DNA from: Candidatus Ozemobacteraceae bacterium
GTDB taxonomy: Bacteria > Muiribacteriota > Ozemobacteria > Ozemobacterales > Ozemobacteraceae
Assembly: GCA_965140445.1 (NCBI GenBank)
Contig: OZ223236.1
Location: 3,808,001 to 3,872,000 of the forward strand
Direction of reading: 5' to 3'
Length of the DNA stretch: 64,000 nt
Part shown: in pieces, positions 9,049 to 18,575 of the stretch
Layout: every line of letters begins with the position of its first letter
Numbering within the stretch: position 1 is the first letter of the stretch
Notes under the pieces: generated by a model
What the model saw: only the letters and a program-made list of their open reading frames with translations
Databases searched by the model: none
What the model was told of the DNA's origin: nothing
Translations under genes and position numbers: made by a program

Positions 9049-9879
9049 ATGAGTAATTTGACACTAAAAGAGCTTGAGAACATGGACAAATACGAGGAAG
9101 TAAAGGCAGGAGTCCAACTTCCATTGGTATATCGCTCTTTGGATGACAAAAAATGCTGGTTTTTGACTAATAAACCAAATAAAGAGCCTGAGGTTCTGTC
9201 AACATACGTGGCATTACTTGATTTAGAAAATGGCGACGAGTTAGTTTACGATAGCAGGAGGTCATTCAATATCCCGCTCAAGAGTGTGCACAAGCCCACT
9301 CCAGCTGAACTTAAGAATGAGTCGCTATTTGAGATGGTTAAAGTTGATTTGCCAAGAATTTTTCAAGAAACGAAAGGTAAGAATTTTTTATTTGTAGACG
9401 AAGCTGGAGCTGTTTTTGATCATTATGTTTGCCTATGGAATATGGGTGGAAAATTTGTTTGGTATGGAAAGGAAACAGACTTTGAAAAATTATTAAAGTT
9501 AGGCGAAACTGTTTTTTCCAATCCATTACTTTTAAGTGCTCTTAGCAGTTTAGGATTTTCAATTACTTCAGAGTTAGCAAAAACATTAAGCTCGGGATTT
9601 GCAGCGTTGAGAAAACATGATGTTGATAAACTTGTTGATTTATCTGGCTCCAAAGATTTAAAAAAGGCTAAAGATATTTTTGATGCGATTCAAAAGCTTT
9701 CAGAACAAGATTTAAACATATCTGGTTTAAAAGAAATGTTTAGCTCTGACGAAGAGGTTGTTAGTAGGTTAAAGGCGCTTGAAACATTCTTTAAAGGTAA
9801 ATCTAAAATTGACGATTCTATTTTGCCCATTTTGCAATTTCTTTGCTGGTTGAGTATAAATGATTGCCCAATACCTTAA
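9049..9879 (+). CDS. Hypothetical protein
   Basis: 276 aa ORF with strong GAGGAG RBS; no family recognised. Confidence 0.75.
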   Translation: MSNLTLKELENMDKYEEVKAGVQLPLVYRSLDDKKCWFLTNKPNKEPEVLSTYVALLDLENGDELVYDSRRSFNIPLKSVHKPTPAELKNESLFEMVKVDLPRIFQETKGKNFLFVDEAGAVFDHYVCLWNMGGKFVWYGKETDFEKLLKLGETVFSNPLLLSALSSLGFSITSELAKTLSSGFAALRKHDVDKLVDLSGSKDLKKAKDIFDAIQKLSEQDLNISGLKEMFSSDEEVVSRLKALETFFKGKSKIDDSILPILQFLCWLSINDCPIP

Positions 9880-10024
9880 CTAAGTTTCAAAAAGCTATAG
9901 ACAACTATCATATACAATATTTGTTTTATTTAAGATAATTGTCTAAGCTTTCTTAAATTTTAAATGTTTTCCTCGATTCCAATTAATACTATTACAAACA
10001 GCGATGGTCCCACATGGGTGGTAT

Positions 10025-10334
10025 AGTTGATTGGTCAAACAATTGAATTTCTTAAGTGGTAAATGCTGCTAACCTTTTCATTCGAAATATTTGAGAATAT
10101 CAGTGTTGGCATTCCCTAAAGGCTATTGCATCAATTTCCAGGAGCTTGAAATATTAGTCGAGCAAGAAATTTTTTTGTCTTTGCATGATTAGCGTCGCGG
10201 GCAAGGATCTCGTTACAAAAAAGTCTGGTTTTGTGTTCCATTCCTGGTTTGTAATAGATGAGGGCCAGATAATAGCAAACCTCATTGTCATTAGGCTTTT
10301 CTTTTCTGCACCGTTCTAACATTTGTCGAGCAGT
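10025..10334. repeat. Direct repeat copy 2 (3' end of TPR gene plus downstream DNA)
   Basis: Diverged copy of 5277-5597 with scattered substitutions and a ~12-nt indel. Confidence 0.95.
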
Positions 10335-10343
10335 CTCAAATTT
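10131..10343 (-). pseudogene. Shorter 3' fragment of the same TPR gene
   Basis: MLERCRKEKPNDNEVCYYLALIYYKPG...FQAPGN is nearly identical to the 5394 fragment; in-frame stop 8 codons upstream of the ATG. Confidence 0.6.
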
Positions 10344-10411
10344 TTACTATATCCCCCCCCAATTTATTACCCCAGGTTGCTTCAATTGTAATTTTCCTGC
10401 AAAAGTGACTG

Positions 10412-10440
10412 TTGACTTCTAAATGAGAGGGTGATAATCT
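10412..10440 (+). promoter_or_regulatory. Sigma70-type promoter upstream of ychF
   Basis: TTGACT-17 bp-TAATCT with extended -10 TG; same GGGTGATAATCT block as at 14205. Confidence 0.55.
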
Positions 10441-10554
10441 CATTTCTCCTTTAATGAAGCAATTAAAGCAAGGTATGCAGTAGCAAGATATTGAATTTTT
10501 ATAGCAATTCAGGGTCTTGGGTGATCCTTTACAAAATTTTTAGGAAGTTAACTC

Positions 10555-11646
10555 ATGAGTTTAAAATGCGGAATCGTAGGTCTACCAAACGTTGGAAAAT
10601 CCACTTTATTTAATGCGCTTACCAAGGCCGGAATAGCAGCGGAGAACTACCCATTCTGCACTATTGAGCCTAATATAGGAATAGTGGAAGTTCCTGATCC
10701 GCGAATGCAGGCATTGGCCGCTATTGTTAAACCTCAGAGAATGCAACCCGCCCTTGTTGAATTTGTTGATATTGCAGGTCTGGTTGCCGGAGCATCAAAA
10801 GGTGAAGGTCTGGGAAACCAGTTTCTTGCCAACATTCGTGAGACTGATGCCATCGTGAACGTGGTTCGCTGCTTCGATGATGATAACATCAGCCATGTTG
10901 CGAACAAGGTTGATCCAATTGCTGATATTGAGACAATCACCACCGAACTTGCGCTTGCTGATATGGCTGCGGTCGAACGCACGCTGAATCGCGATGGGAA
11001 GAAAGCTCGCTCAGGAGACAAGAATACGATTAAACTGGTAGCGATTCTTGAAAAACTCCTGCCTCATCTGAACCAGGGAAAAACAGCTCGTTCTCTTGGT
11101 TTGAGCGAAGAAGAAGTTTTGCTGCTCAAACCGCTGTGCCTGCTCACCATCAAACCAGCCATGTATGTTGGCAACGTAATGGAAGATGGTTTCGAAAATA
11201 ATCCCTACCTGGATCGACTGAATGAATATGCTGAAAAAGAAGGCATACCAGTGGTTCCTTTATGCGCCAAAATTGAGGCTGAATTAGCAACACTTGACGA
11301 AGCTGACAAAATGGAATTCCTTACCGATCTTGGCCTGGAAGAACCTGGGCTGAATCGTCTTATCCGAACCGGATATGAGTTACTTGGCCTCCAGACCTAT
11401 TTCACTGCGCGTATTAAGGAAGTTCGTGCCTGGACTATTAATAAAGGGGACACAGCCCCACAGGCAGCAGGGGTTATCCATACCGATTTCGAGCGAGGCT
11501 TCATTCGTGCACAAGCCATATCTTTCGATCATTACATTGAATGTGGCGGTGAAGCCGGGGCAAAGGAAAAAGGCAAACAGAGAATCGAAGGAAAGGGGTA
11601 TGTAGTGCAAGACGGAGATATTTTGAATTTCCTGTTCAACGTCTAG
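10555..11646 (+). CDS. ychF: Redox-regulated ribosome-binding ATPase YchF (Obg family)
   Basis: [69 protein letters not shown]. Confidence 0.98.
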   Translation: MSLKCGIVGLPNVGKSTLFNALTKAGIAAENYPFCTIEPNIGIVEVPDPRMQALAAIVKPQRMQPALVEFVDIAGLVAGASKGEGLGNQFLANIRETDAIVNVVRCFDDDNISHVANKVDPIADIETITTELALADMAAVERTLNRDGKKARSGDKNTIKLVAILEKLLPHLNQGKTARSLGLSEEEVLLLKPLCLLTIKPAMYVGNVMEDGFENNPYLDRLNEYAEKEGIPVVPLCAKIEAELATLDEADKMEFLTDLGLEEPGLNRLIRTGYELLGLQTYFTARIKEVRAWTINKGDTAPQAAGVIHTDFERGFIRAQAISFDHYIECGGEAGAKEKGKQRIEGKGYVVQDGDILNFLFNV

Positions 11647-12042
11647 CTACAAAATCCCCATTAACCTGCCGGCAATCAAGGGGGCAAAAGCCAGGAATAT
11701 CATTCCCAGAGCAAGAAGCCTGCCTTCAAAAAGATTGAAATCCTGAAATATAAATTTCCAGGTGAATTTGAATACAAGTCGCCCGAATCCAATTTCAAAA
11801 ACCAGCATTAAAACAAACCATATAGCACCGATTGCCAGCGCCTGATCCACTGAGGAAGGGGCAATCCAGCCAATAAAAATCAAACTGACGATAAAAATGC
11901 TGATGCATCCTGTGAGTGTGCTTAGCTGTCGTGCCCTGAAATCGCCAAACCTGGGAGTTAAAAACTTTCCGCGAAGAATTCCATTGATAATCTCTAACAC
12001 GATGATAATTGAAAGAACAAAAACACTCTTTAAATAAAGCAC
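11647..12042 (-). CDS. Small integral membrane protein
   Basis: Four hydrophobic segments; EIINGILR and FEIGFGR motifs typical of a conserved hypothetical family. Confidence 0.7.
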   Translation of the reverse strand: MLYLKSVFVLSIIIVLEIINGILRGKFLTPRFGDFRARQLSTLTGCISIFIVSLIFIGWIAPSSVDQALAIGAIWFVLMLVFEIGFGRLVFKFTWKFIFQDFNLFEGRLLALGMIFLAFAPLIAGRLMGIL

Positions 12043-12106
12043 CTTAAAAACCTTAAATTTTTTATGCGATCATCTTTTCTCAACAGTTTTATTGAGAATA
12101 CGCCTA

Positions 12107-13009
12107 CTATATTTTGTGTGGTCCAGGCAAAGCTGACAGATCAATTATACTATTTTTAAGCTTTTCGCTACAAGCAAATATAACACCCTTTTCGTGCATA
12201 AAAACGCTATCGCAGTTATTTAGTTGCAGCGGGTTTCCGTAGAAATCACAGACCACCCCACCCGCTTCGGTAAAGATACAGGCTGTAGCCCCAAAATCCC
12301 AGATACAACCACCGCCCTGTTCCTTTTTGGGAAGTTTAAAATAGCAAGCTGGTGCCTTTATCATAGCCCAACAAGCATTCATTACTGCGCCGCCATGCGA
12401 AATACATTCGAAAGCAACATCACCGGAATTTGTTATTTCAGAACTTAATTTTTGAATTACCCGGGCAAAATCCTTGTGCAAACGAAAGCTTTTGTCACAT
12501 ACAAGGTAAAAAGTCCCATTTTCATTACTGTTTCCAATCGAAAGTCTGACCTTATTTTTGTATGCGCCCTGCCCTTGAATGGCATGATAAAGAGACTTCT
12601 CAACAGGATCATACACAACCCCGATAACCGGGATTCCATCTCTTCTTATCAAGCTAATAGAAACTGAAAAGCCATTGTTTTCTTCGATAAATGATAAAGT
12701 CCCATCAAGAGGATCTATGGCCCAAAAATAATCTTTAACCAGGCGACTTTTGTCATCAACTTTTTCTTCACTTAAAAGTGCAAGATCATACTCCTTAATA
12801 GTTGGTTGCAGTTCCTGCAAAATAGTATTCTGGCTCTCAACATCAACCTCTGTTACAACCTTTGAAGCCAAACTTGTCCCCGTAACTTTTTGCTTTATCT
12901 TCAATTCACTGCGGGAGCTAAATTTTGAAAAGATAAATTCTCCAGCTTTAACAGCTGCACCAATAGCTATATCTTTCAAAGCTTCTAATTCAATTAAACC
13001 TAGCTGCAT
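12107..13009 (-). CDS. Inositol monophosphatase / CysQ-family phosphatase
   Basis: VVTEVD, LLSEE, WAIDPLDGT, IWDFGA motifs. Confidence 0.9.
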   Translation of the reverse strand: MQLGLIELEALKDIAIGAAVKAGEFIFSKFSSRSELKIKQKVTGTSLASKVVTEVDVESQNTILQELQPTIKEYDLALLSEEKVDDKSRLVKDYFWAIDPLDGTLSFIEENNGFSVSISLIRRDGIPVIGVVYDPVEKSLYHAIQGQGAYKNKVRLSIGNSNENGTFYLVCDKSFRLHKDFARVIQKLSSEITNSGDVAFECISHGGAVMNACWAMIKAPACYFKLPKKEQGGGCIWDFGATACIFTEAGGVVCDFYGNPLQLNNCDSVFMHEKGVIFACSEKLKNSIIDLSALPGPHKI

Positions 13010-13021
13010 TAAACTTTCCTT

Positions 13022-13999
13022 TTAAACCCCAAGCTCATCCATAACTATTTTGGTCACTCTTTCACTGTAGGTATTTAACTTCCAGTGGTCCGGACTCCAG
13101 CCTTTCAAAAACCGATGAAAATCAGCCCATGCAAAACGATACATTTTAGTCCACTCTGATTTCAGCTCATCAAAGTCTACATTGATTTTTTTGGCTATAA
13201 TTGCACTTTGCAGCATGCCAAAATAATCCTTTAGAATCTGCCCTTCAAGTGACTCACAGTCTTCTTCCCGCAAACAGCTTCCTACAAAATAAGCCAGGTC
13301 TTTCATTCCACAGCCACCGCCAACATACTGGAAATCAACTGCGGCTACATCTTCGCTGCTTTGTGCAAAACAGAAATTGGCTAATTTTGCATCGCCGTGC
13401 ACCAGGGTTTTGTATTTGCACTGGCTTAAAACCCGATCAATATGGCTGGCAGCTTTTTTGAGCCGCTGATCAGATAACCTTTCCAATTCATCCGGCCTTG
13501 TAGCTAAATGCCAGTAAGTGCCTACTTTCCATAATCCATCAGGCTTTTTATTTAAAAAAGTGGCATGGAAATTAGCCAGCCACCTTAAGCAGCCCTGCAT
13601 GTCTGCATAGCCAGCCGACCTGTATCTTTGTGAGAAACCAGCGGCATCAAGATCTTCAAGGACAATCAGAATCTCGGTTTTTGAGGACTCCACCGCTAAG
13701 CAATGGGGTATGCGACAATAATCATCACATTCAGCACCCCACTTTTTATACCACTCAATCTCTACCTGGTAGGACTTAAGCTTTCTTTTGTGAGACAAAT
13801 CCGTGTTCCAGCCTCGCGGATGTTTTTTATTGTCCGGATAATTAATATGTTTTGCCACAACACGCGGAATATCAGGATTGGAAGTTTTGTATCGAAATAT
13901 TTTGCCGTAACCGCTCCATAAATCCTGGATAACTTCTTTTTTCTGAACTTTATCTGCCTTTGTAGCTCTTGCAATTGCTTTTTCAAAAGTATTGTTCAT
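13022..13999 (-). CDS. APH/choline-kinase-like phosphotransferase (EcKinase-like)
   Basis: LWSGYG glycine loop, [13 protein letters not shown] catalytic loop, VDFQYVG. Confidence 0.88.
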   Translation of the reverse strand: MNNTFEKAIARATKADKVQKKEVIQDLWSGYGKIFRYKTSNPDIPRVVAKHINYPDNKKHPRGWNTDLSHKRKLKSYQVEIEWYKKWGAECDDYCRIPHCLAVESSKTEILIVLEDLDAAGFSQRYRSAGYADMQGCLRWLANFHATFLNKKPDGLWKVGTYWHLATRPDELERLSDQRLKKAASHIDRVLSQCKYKTLVHGDAKLANFCFAQSSEDVAAVDFQYVGGGCGMKDLAYFVGSCLREEDCESLEGQILKDYFGMLQSAIIAKKINVDFDELKSEWTKMYRFAWADFHRFLKGWSPDHWKLNTYSERVTKIVMDELGV

Positions 14000-14187
14000 T
14001 TTTGATTCAATATTTCCCTGTTTTTCAGCTTTATACAGATTGAAATTCTACCCCAATAGTTTTTAGATGCACAGCGAAAAGAAAATTAAACTAAGTAAAT
14101 TTCCAGACCAAATTTTGCGAATTTGCAGATTAATCCTTCGAAAGAAGTATCTTACCAGTTTGAATTAAAGCACAGCTTTTCAATTTC

Positions 14188-14216
14188 TTGACACTTAATC
14201 GTTCGGGTGATAATCT
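14188..14216 (+). promoter_or_regulatory. Sigma70-type promoter upstream of nucleoside kinase operon
   Basis: TTGACA-17 bp-TAATCT with extended -10 TG. Confidence 0.6.
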
Positions 14217-14342
14217 AAATCCTTCGCAAATTTTACCAGAGGCAAATTGTTGAGGAAAAAAGAAATCTCAGTAAAATTCGTTCTAAAAAACCGTTTAATC
14301 ATAAAAAGTTGATTCAACGGGCTGTTTGTTAATGCTTATTGG

Positions 14343-14373
14343 CCCCGCGATTATTTTGCGGGGTTTATTATTT
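14343..14373 (+). promoter_or_regulatory. Terminator-like hairpin inside 5' leader (possible attenuator)
   Basis: CCCCGCGA-TTATT-TTGCGGGG followed by TTTATTATTT, 20 nt before the start codon. Confidence 0.4.
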
Positions 14374-14393
14374 CAAATCACTAGAGGTAAAAG

Positions 14394-16094
14394 ATGACTG
14401 ATAATCAGGAAAAATTGGTTGAAGAAAAATCAGAAGAGAAGGAAATGATTAACCTGACCCTCGAAGATGGAAAAGTTATTCAAGTTGAAAAGGGCACCCC
14501 GCTCTCTTCAATTGTTGCCGACATCCCTCTCAAAGAAAATCTTCAATACTTGTGCGCAAAGGTTGATAATGCAATTCAATCCCTGGATTTTGTACCAGGA
14601 ATGGATTGCAAAGTTCATTTCTTAAATTTCAAATCCACAGAAGGCCGGGATTGCTATCGCCGAAGTATGACCTTTGTTTTGGCAAGAGCAGTAATGGAAC
14701 TTTATAGAAACGCACGCCTTTCAATTGACCATTCAATTGGAAACGGCTTCTACTATGATCTTTTCACAGATGTTCCAGTTTCTGAAAGAATTCTCGATTA
14801 CATCAAAAATAAAATGATGGAAATCGTGGAAAAGAACGAGCCTTTCGGAAAAACCCAGATGACAAGATCTGAAGCAATCGCTCTCTTCAACAGAGAAGGA
14901 TACCCTGAAAAAGCCAGATTGCTTAAGAATCTGAACACTGACACTGTAGGCGTAATCAGCTGCTGGAAATATATTGATCTTGATTTCGGCGCGATGGTTC
15001 CTTCCACTGGTTATCTTCAGGTTTTTGACCTCAAGCAATATTCAGACGGTTTTGTTTTGCTCTTCCCCGATCAAATTGATCCAACCAAAGCCTCACAACC
15101 TCGCAGACAGCCAAAGATTTTCACCGCTTATCGTGAAAGTAAGCAATGGGGAAAAATCCTTGAAGTAAACAATGTTGGCCGACTTAACGAGTTAATTAAA
15201 GATAAATCAATTTCAGATTTCATCAAAACTGCTGAAGCTCTACATTCCAAAAAAATCCAGGAAATGGCAGATGCTATAACCAAGAAGAATTCAGTAAGAA
15301 TAGTTTTGATTGCAGGTCCTTCAAGTTCTGGAAAAACTACCTTCAGTAAAAGGTTGTGCACACATTTAAGAGTTAATGGCCTAAGACCCATAACCCTTTC
15401 ATTGGACAACTATTTCCTTGATAGACAGCACACTCCCAGAGATGAAAATGGTGATTACGATTTCGAATCCATCTATGCACTGGATCTTGAGCTCTTCAAC
15501 CAGCATCTTCAGGAACTTCTGGATGGTAAAGAAGTTCAGATTCCTGAATTTGACTTCCACACTGGACACAGAAAAATACAGACCGATCCTTTAAGAATCA
15601 ATGAAGATCAGATTGTAATCGTGGAAGGTATTCACGGCTTAAACAATGAACTCACAAGTTCAGTTCCGACCGAATGCAAGTTCAAAATCTACATCAGTGC
15701 ACTTACTCAACTTGTAATTGACGATTACAACCGTATTGCAACTACTGACACCAGATTAATCAGAAGAACTGTTCGCGACAGTAAGTACAGAGGATATTCC
15801 GCTGAAGATACTTTCAACCGATGGGCCTCGGTTAGACGTGGTGAAGAAAGAAACATTTTCCCATTCCAGGAATGCGCTGACATGGTATTTAACTCTGCTG
15901 TGCAATACGAATGGGCAATTCTCAGACCACTTGTAGAACCTCTTCTTCTCGACATCTCCTGTGATAGCCCAGCCTATTCTCTGGCCAGAAGACTTCTTAA
16001 AACTCTTTCATTCTTCAGCCCATTAGATCCAAAAGAAGTTCCACCAACATCTCTCCTGAGAGAATTTATCGGGGGAAGCTCTTTTAGCTACTAA
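14394..16094 (+). CDS. Nucleoside (uridine) kinase with N-terminal ThrRS-like TGS domain
   Basis: N-terminal ThrRS-like region (HSIGNGFYYD); P-loop AGPSSSGKTT, SLDNYF, VEGIHGLN, TDTRLIRR, GEERNIFP, SLLREFIGGS. Confidence 0.92.
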   Translation: MTDNQEKLVEEKSEEKEMINLTLEDGKVIQVEKGTPLSSIVADIPLKENLQYLCAKVDNAIQSLDFVPGMDCKVHFLNFKSTEGRDCYRRSMTFVLARAVMELYRNARLSIDHSIGNGFYYDLFTDVPVSERILDYIKNKMMEIVEKNEPFGKTQMTRSEAIALFNREGYPEKARLLKNLNTDTVGVISCWKYIDLDFGAMVPSTGYLQVFDLKQYSDGFVLLFPDQIDPTKASQPRRQPKIFTAYRESKQWGKILEVNNVGRLNELIKDKSISDFIKTAEALHSKKIQEMADAITKKNSVRIVLIAGPSSSGKTTFSKRLCTHLRVNGLRPITLSLDNYFLDRQHTPRDENGDYDFESIYALDLELFNQHLQELLDGKEVQIPEFDFHTGHRKIQTDPLRINEDQIVIVEGIHGLNNELTSSVPTECKFKIYISALTQLVIDDYNRIATTDTRLIRRTVRDSKYRGYSAEDTFNRWASVRRGEERNIFPFQECADMVFNSAVQYEWAILRPLVEPLLLDISCDSPAYSLARRLLKTLSFFSPLDPKEVPPTSLLREFIGGSSFSY

Positions 16095-16108
16095 AACATA
16101 AACAACAG

Positions 16109-17026
16109 ATGGTTGTAGAAACAAAAATGAATAAAAAATCCGCCAGCCTCAAGCAAATGCTAGATAGAGTGCTGGCGGATTTTCCGCCTTCAGAGAGAAT
16201 TTCGGCAGACCCAATACAATTCCCGCGTGCACTATTTGACCAGGGCCGAGCAGATGTAGAAATCGAAGCTGTAGCTCTATTCTCGGCCATGCTCGCCTAC
16301 GGATCAGCAAAGCAATTTACCAAAAAAATCCGCCTGGTTATGGAAGCCTGCAACTGGAACTTTCTTGAACTAATCACCAAAAACCATGCTGAAATGCCAA
16401 ATTGGCCTGGCTACCGGCTTAGCACCGCGGATGAAATAAAATCATTCGCCAAAGCCCTCGGAATGGTAATAGAAAAACACAAAAGCCTGAAAAATGTTTT
16501 TTTGAAGGGGTACTCTCCTGATAAGTCTATTAAGGCTGGAGAAAAAGCAATTCAAACGGCAATGATCCAATCCCTCGAAACATTCATGCCAGAAGTTCCA
16601 AGAGGCATAAAGCACCTGCTTCCAGATCCCACATCCGGCGGTTGTGCAAAAAGATGGCAAATGTTTTTAAGATGGATGGTTAGAGGTGATGATGGCGTTG
16701 ATATGGGACTCTGGAAAGAAATCCCCTCATCTGAATTGATAATTCCTTTAGATAGGCACATAAGCAAAATTTCAAGAAATCTTGGATTAACCTCAAGAAA
16801 CGCTGACGATTGGAAAACCGCGGAGGAAATTTCTGCAAAGCTGGCCGAAATGGAACCTGCTGATCCAATCAAATATGATTTTTCTCTTTGCCACCTTGGA
16901 ATTTCTGGTGAATGCACGCACGGCAAAAACCAGGATCTTTGTGGTAAATGTCTTCTTAAAAATGCCTGCCAATTCGGCAAAAACCTCAATAAAAAACGAA
17001 AGGAATCACCTTATGAAAGGCAGTGA
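16109..17026 (+). CDS. TIGR02757/DUF2400 family protein (HhH-GPD related) with C-terminal Cys cluster
   Basis: DPIQFP, AYG, KRWQMFLRWMVR, IPLDRH, DPIKYDFSL; terminal C-x8-C-x2-C-x5-C. Confidence 0.88.
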   Translation: MVVETKMNKKSASLKQMLDRVLADFPPSERISADPIQFPRALFDQGRADVEIEAVALFSAMLAYGSAKQFTKKIRLVMEACNWNFLELITKNHAEMPNWPGYRLSTADEIKSFAKALGMVIEKHKSLKNVFLKGYSPDKSIKAGEKAIQTAMIQSLETFMPEVPRGIKHLLPDPTSGGCAKRWQMFLRWMVRGDDGVDMGLWKEIPSSELIIPLDRHISKISRNLGLTSRNADDWKTAEEISAKLAEMEPADPIKYDFSLCHLGISGECTHGKNQDLCGKCLLKNACQFGKNLNKKRKESPYERQ

Positions 17027-17225
17027 CCCACTTGCATTTAAATTTTTCATGGCTGGCGGTTTTTTTTCCATAATTTGTGCAATTTTTGACGTTGAATTTT
17101 TTATGGGCCACCATAAAGCAGCTTTTTTAGTAAAAATTTTGGGCAGAAATGGTGCAAGAGTATTTTATGTTATATTAGGTCTGCTACTTGTAGGTGCAGG
17201 CGCTTACGGCCTGAAGCTAATTTAA
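17013..17225 (+). CDS. Small membrane protein, Imm17-like
   Basis: GFFSIICAIFDVEFFMGHHKA...LGRNGARVFYVILG pattern; AAGGA RBS before ATG 17013. Confidence 0.65.
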   Translation: MKGSDPLAFKFFMAGGFFSIICAIFDVEFFMGHHKAAFLVKILGRNGARVFYVILGLLLVGAGAYGLKLI

Positions 17226-17279
17226 ATTTGGCGCACAGGGCTAAAATAATTTGTTTATATACATTACGGAGAACTTGAA

Positions 17280-17984
17280 ATGATAGCAATAAAGGATTTT
17301 TTTGCAAAAATTGATGAATCCCCCTTTCCAGAGCTATTTTCTGAGAAGCTTGAAGGATTTGATGATCTTAAAGAAGTTTGGGATATTCTAAAACGTCTGC
17401 AAAAAGGCTTTTTGAATAACAGAATAAAAAATGAGATACATGGAACCATTGAAGAAGGTGCCATAATAAAAGGTGACAATATTTACATTGGGAAAGGCAC
17501 TGTTGTTTCACCCGGTGCATATATTTGCGGTCCCACATACATTGGTGAAAATGTAGAAGTCCGTCACGGGGCTTTTATAAGAGGTCAGGTAATAATTGGA
17601 GATAAAGCGATAGTTGGACATGCCACTGAAATCGTAAGATCTGTTTTATTGCCAGGTGCAAAAGCGCCTCATTTTAACTATGTTGGAGATTCGATTCTTG
17701 GAACCGGGGTTAATCTCGGGGCTGGAACCAAAATTTCAAACTTTAAAAATGACGGAACCAATGTAAAAGTAAAAGTTGAAAATGAAATTATCGAGACCGG
17801 CATAAGAAAATTCGGTGCTATTCTTGGTGACGGATGTTTGCTCGGTTGTAATTCAGTGACTAATCCTGGCACTGTCATGGAACCCGAATGTCGTCTATAT
17901 CCCTGTGCAATGGTAAATGGATATTTTCCAAAAGGGACGATAATCAAGCTAAGACAAACAATGGAATCTGCATTTACTGGTTAA
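17280..17984 (+). CDS. Hexapeptide-repeat acetyltransferase (GlmU C-terminal-like)
   Basis: Left-handed beta-helix repeats, APHFNYVGDSILG, NLGAGT, KFGAILGD. Confidence 0.88.
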   Translation: MIAIKDFFAKIDESPFPELFSEKLEGFDDLKEVWDILKRLQKGFLNNRIKNEIHGTIEEGAIIKGDNIYIGKGTVVSPGAYICGPTYIGENVEVRHGAFIRGQVIIGDKAIVGHATEIVRSVLLPGAKAPHFNYVGDSILGTGVNLGAGTKISNFKNDGTNVKVKVENEIIETGIRKFGAILGDGCLLGCNSVTNPGTVMEPECRLYPCAMVNGYFPKGTIIKLRQTMESAFTG

Positions 17985-17993
17985 AACTAAAAC

Positions 17994-18037
17994 AAAAAAA
18001 AGCGCCAGACAATATTTGTATTGTCTGGCGCTTTTTT
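17994..18037. terminator. Bidirectional Rho-independent terminator
   Basis: A-tract, AGCGCCAGACAAT / ATTGTCTGGCGCT, T-tract between convergent genes. Confidence 0.9.
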
Positions 18038-18039
18038 AT

Positions 18040-18564
18040 TTAGTATTCAATGCCAGGCCGAGCCTTAACTCCCTGATCAAAATAATGCTTTTGTTTTATC
18101 ATGCTGGTAACAAGATCAGCCATATCAAGTAATTTTTCATTTTTTGAACGGCCGGTAAGAACTAGTTCCACATCTTCTGGAACAAGATTAATCAAACGAA
18201 CCAGGTCATTTTCTTTTATCAGTCCGACATCAACAGAAGTTAAAGCCTCATCTAAAACGATAAGATCATATTTGCAGCTTTTTATCAAGCCTTCTGCGAT
18301 TTCAAGACCTCTGTGAGCCTCTTTCAAGTCATCTTCGGTCGTTCCAAACCTGAAGGTTTTGTCTTCTTTCATTCTTTCAAGACCAGTAAGATGATATTCA
18401 ATGTTTAACCGATCAAGAACAACTAGTTCACTATGCCGATAGGTCTCACTTCCCTTATCAAAAAAAACAACACACACGTTTTTCCCAGATCCGAAAGCTC
18501 TTATCAATAGACCCACAGCAGCGGTGGTTTTACCTTTTCCATCTCCTGTATAGGCGTGAATCAA
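18040..18564 (-). CDS. cobO: Cob(I)yrinic acid a,c-diamide adenosyltransferase (CobO/BtuR)
   Basis: YTGDGKGKTTAA, LIVLDE, ELVLTGR, ADLVT, KHYFDQGVKARPGIEY. Confidence 0.93.
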   Translation of the reverse strand: MIHAYTGDGKGKTTAAVGLLIRAFGSGKNVCVVFFDKGSETYRHSELVVLDRLNIEYHLTGLERMKEDKTFRFGTTEDDLKEAHRGLEIAEGLIKSCKYDLIVLDEALTSVDVGLIKENDLVRLINLVPEDVELVLTGRSKNEKLLDMADLVTSMIKQKHYFDQGVKARPGIEY

Positions 18565-18575
18565 TTATTTTCTCC

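Noticed and set aside
9894..9950. Imperfect inverted repeat TAGACAACTATC/GATAATTGTCTA after the 9049 gene
   Set aside because: AT-rich with a long loop; cannot be assigned as a terminator, MITE or operator
16875..17012. Longer start for the Imm17-like ORF
   Set aside because: Overlaps the TIGR02757 gene extensively; ATG 17013 has an RBS
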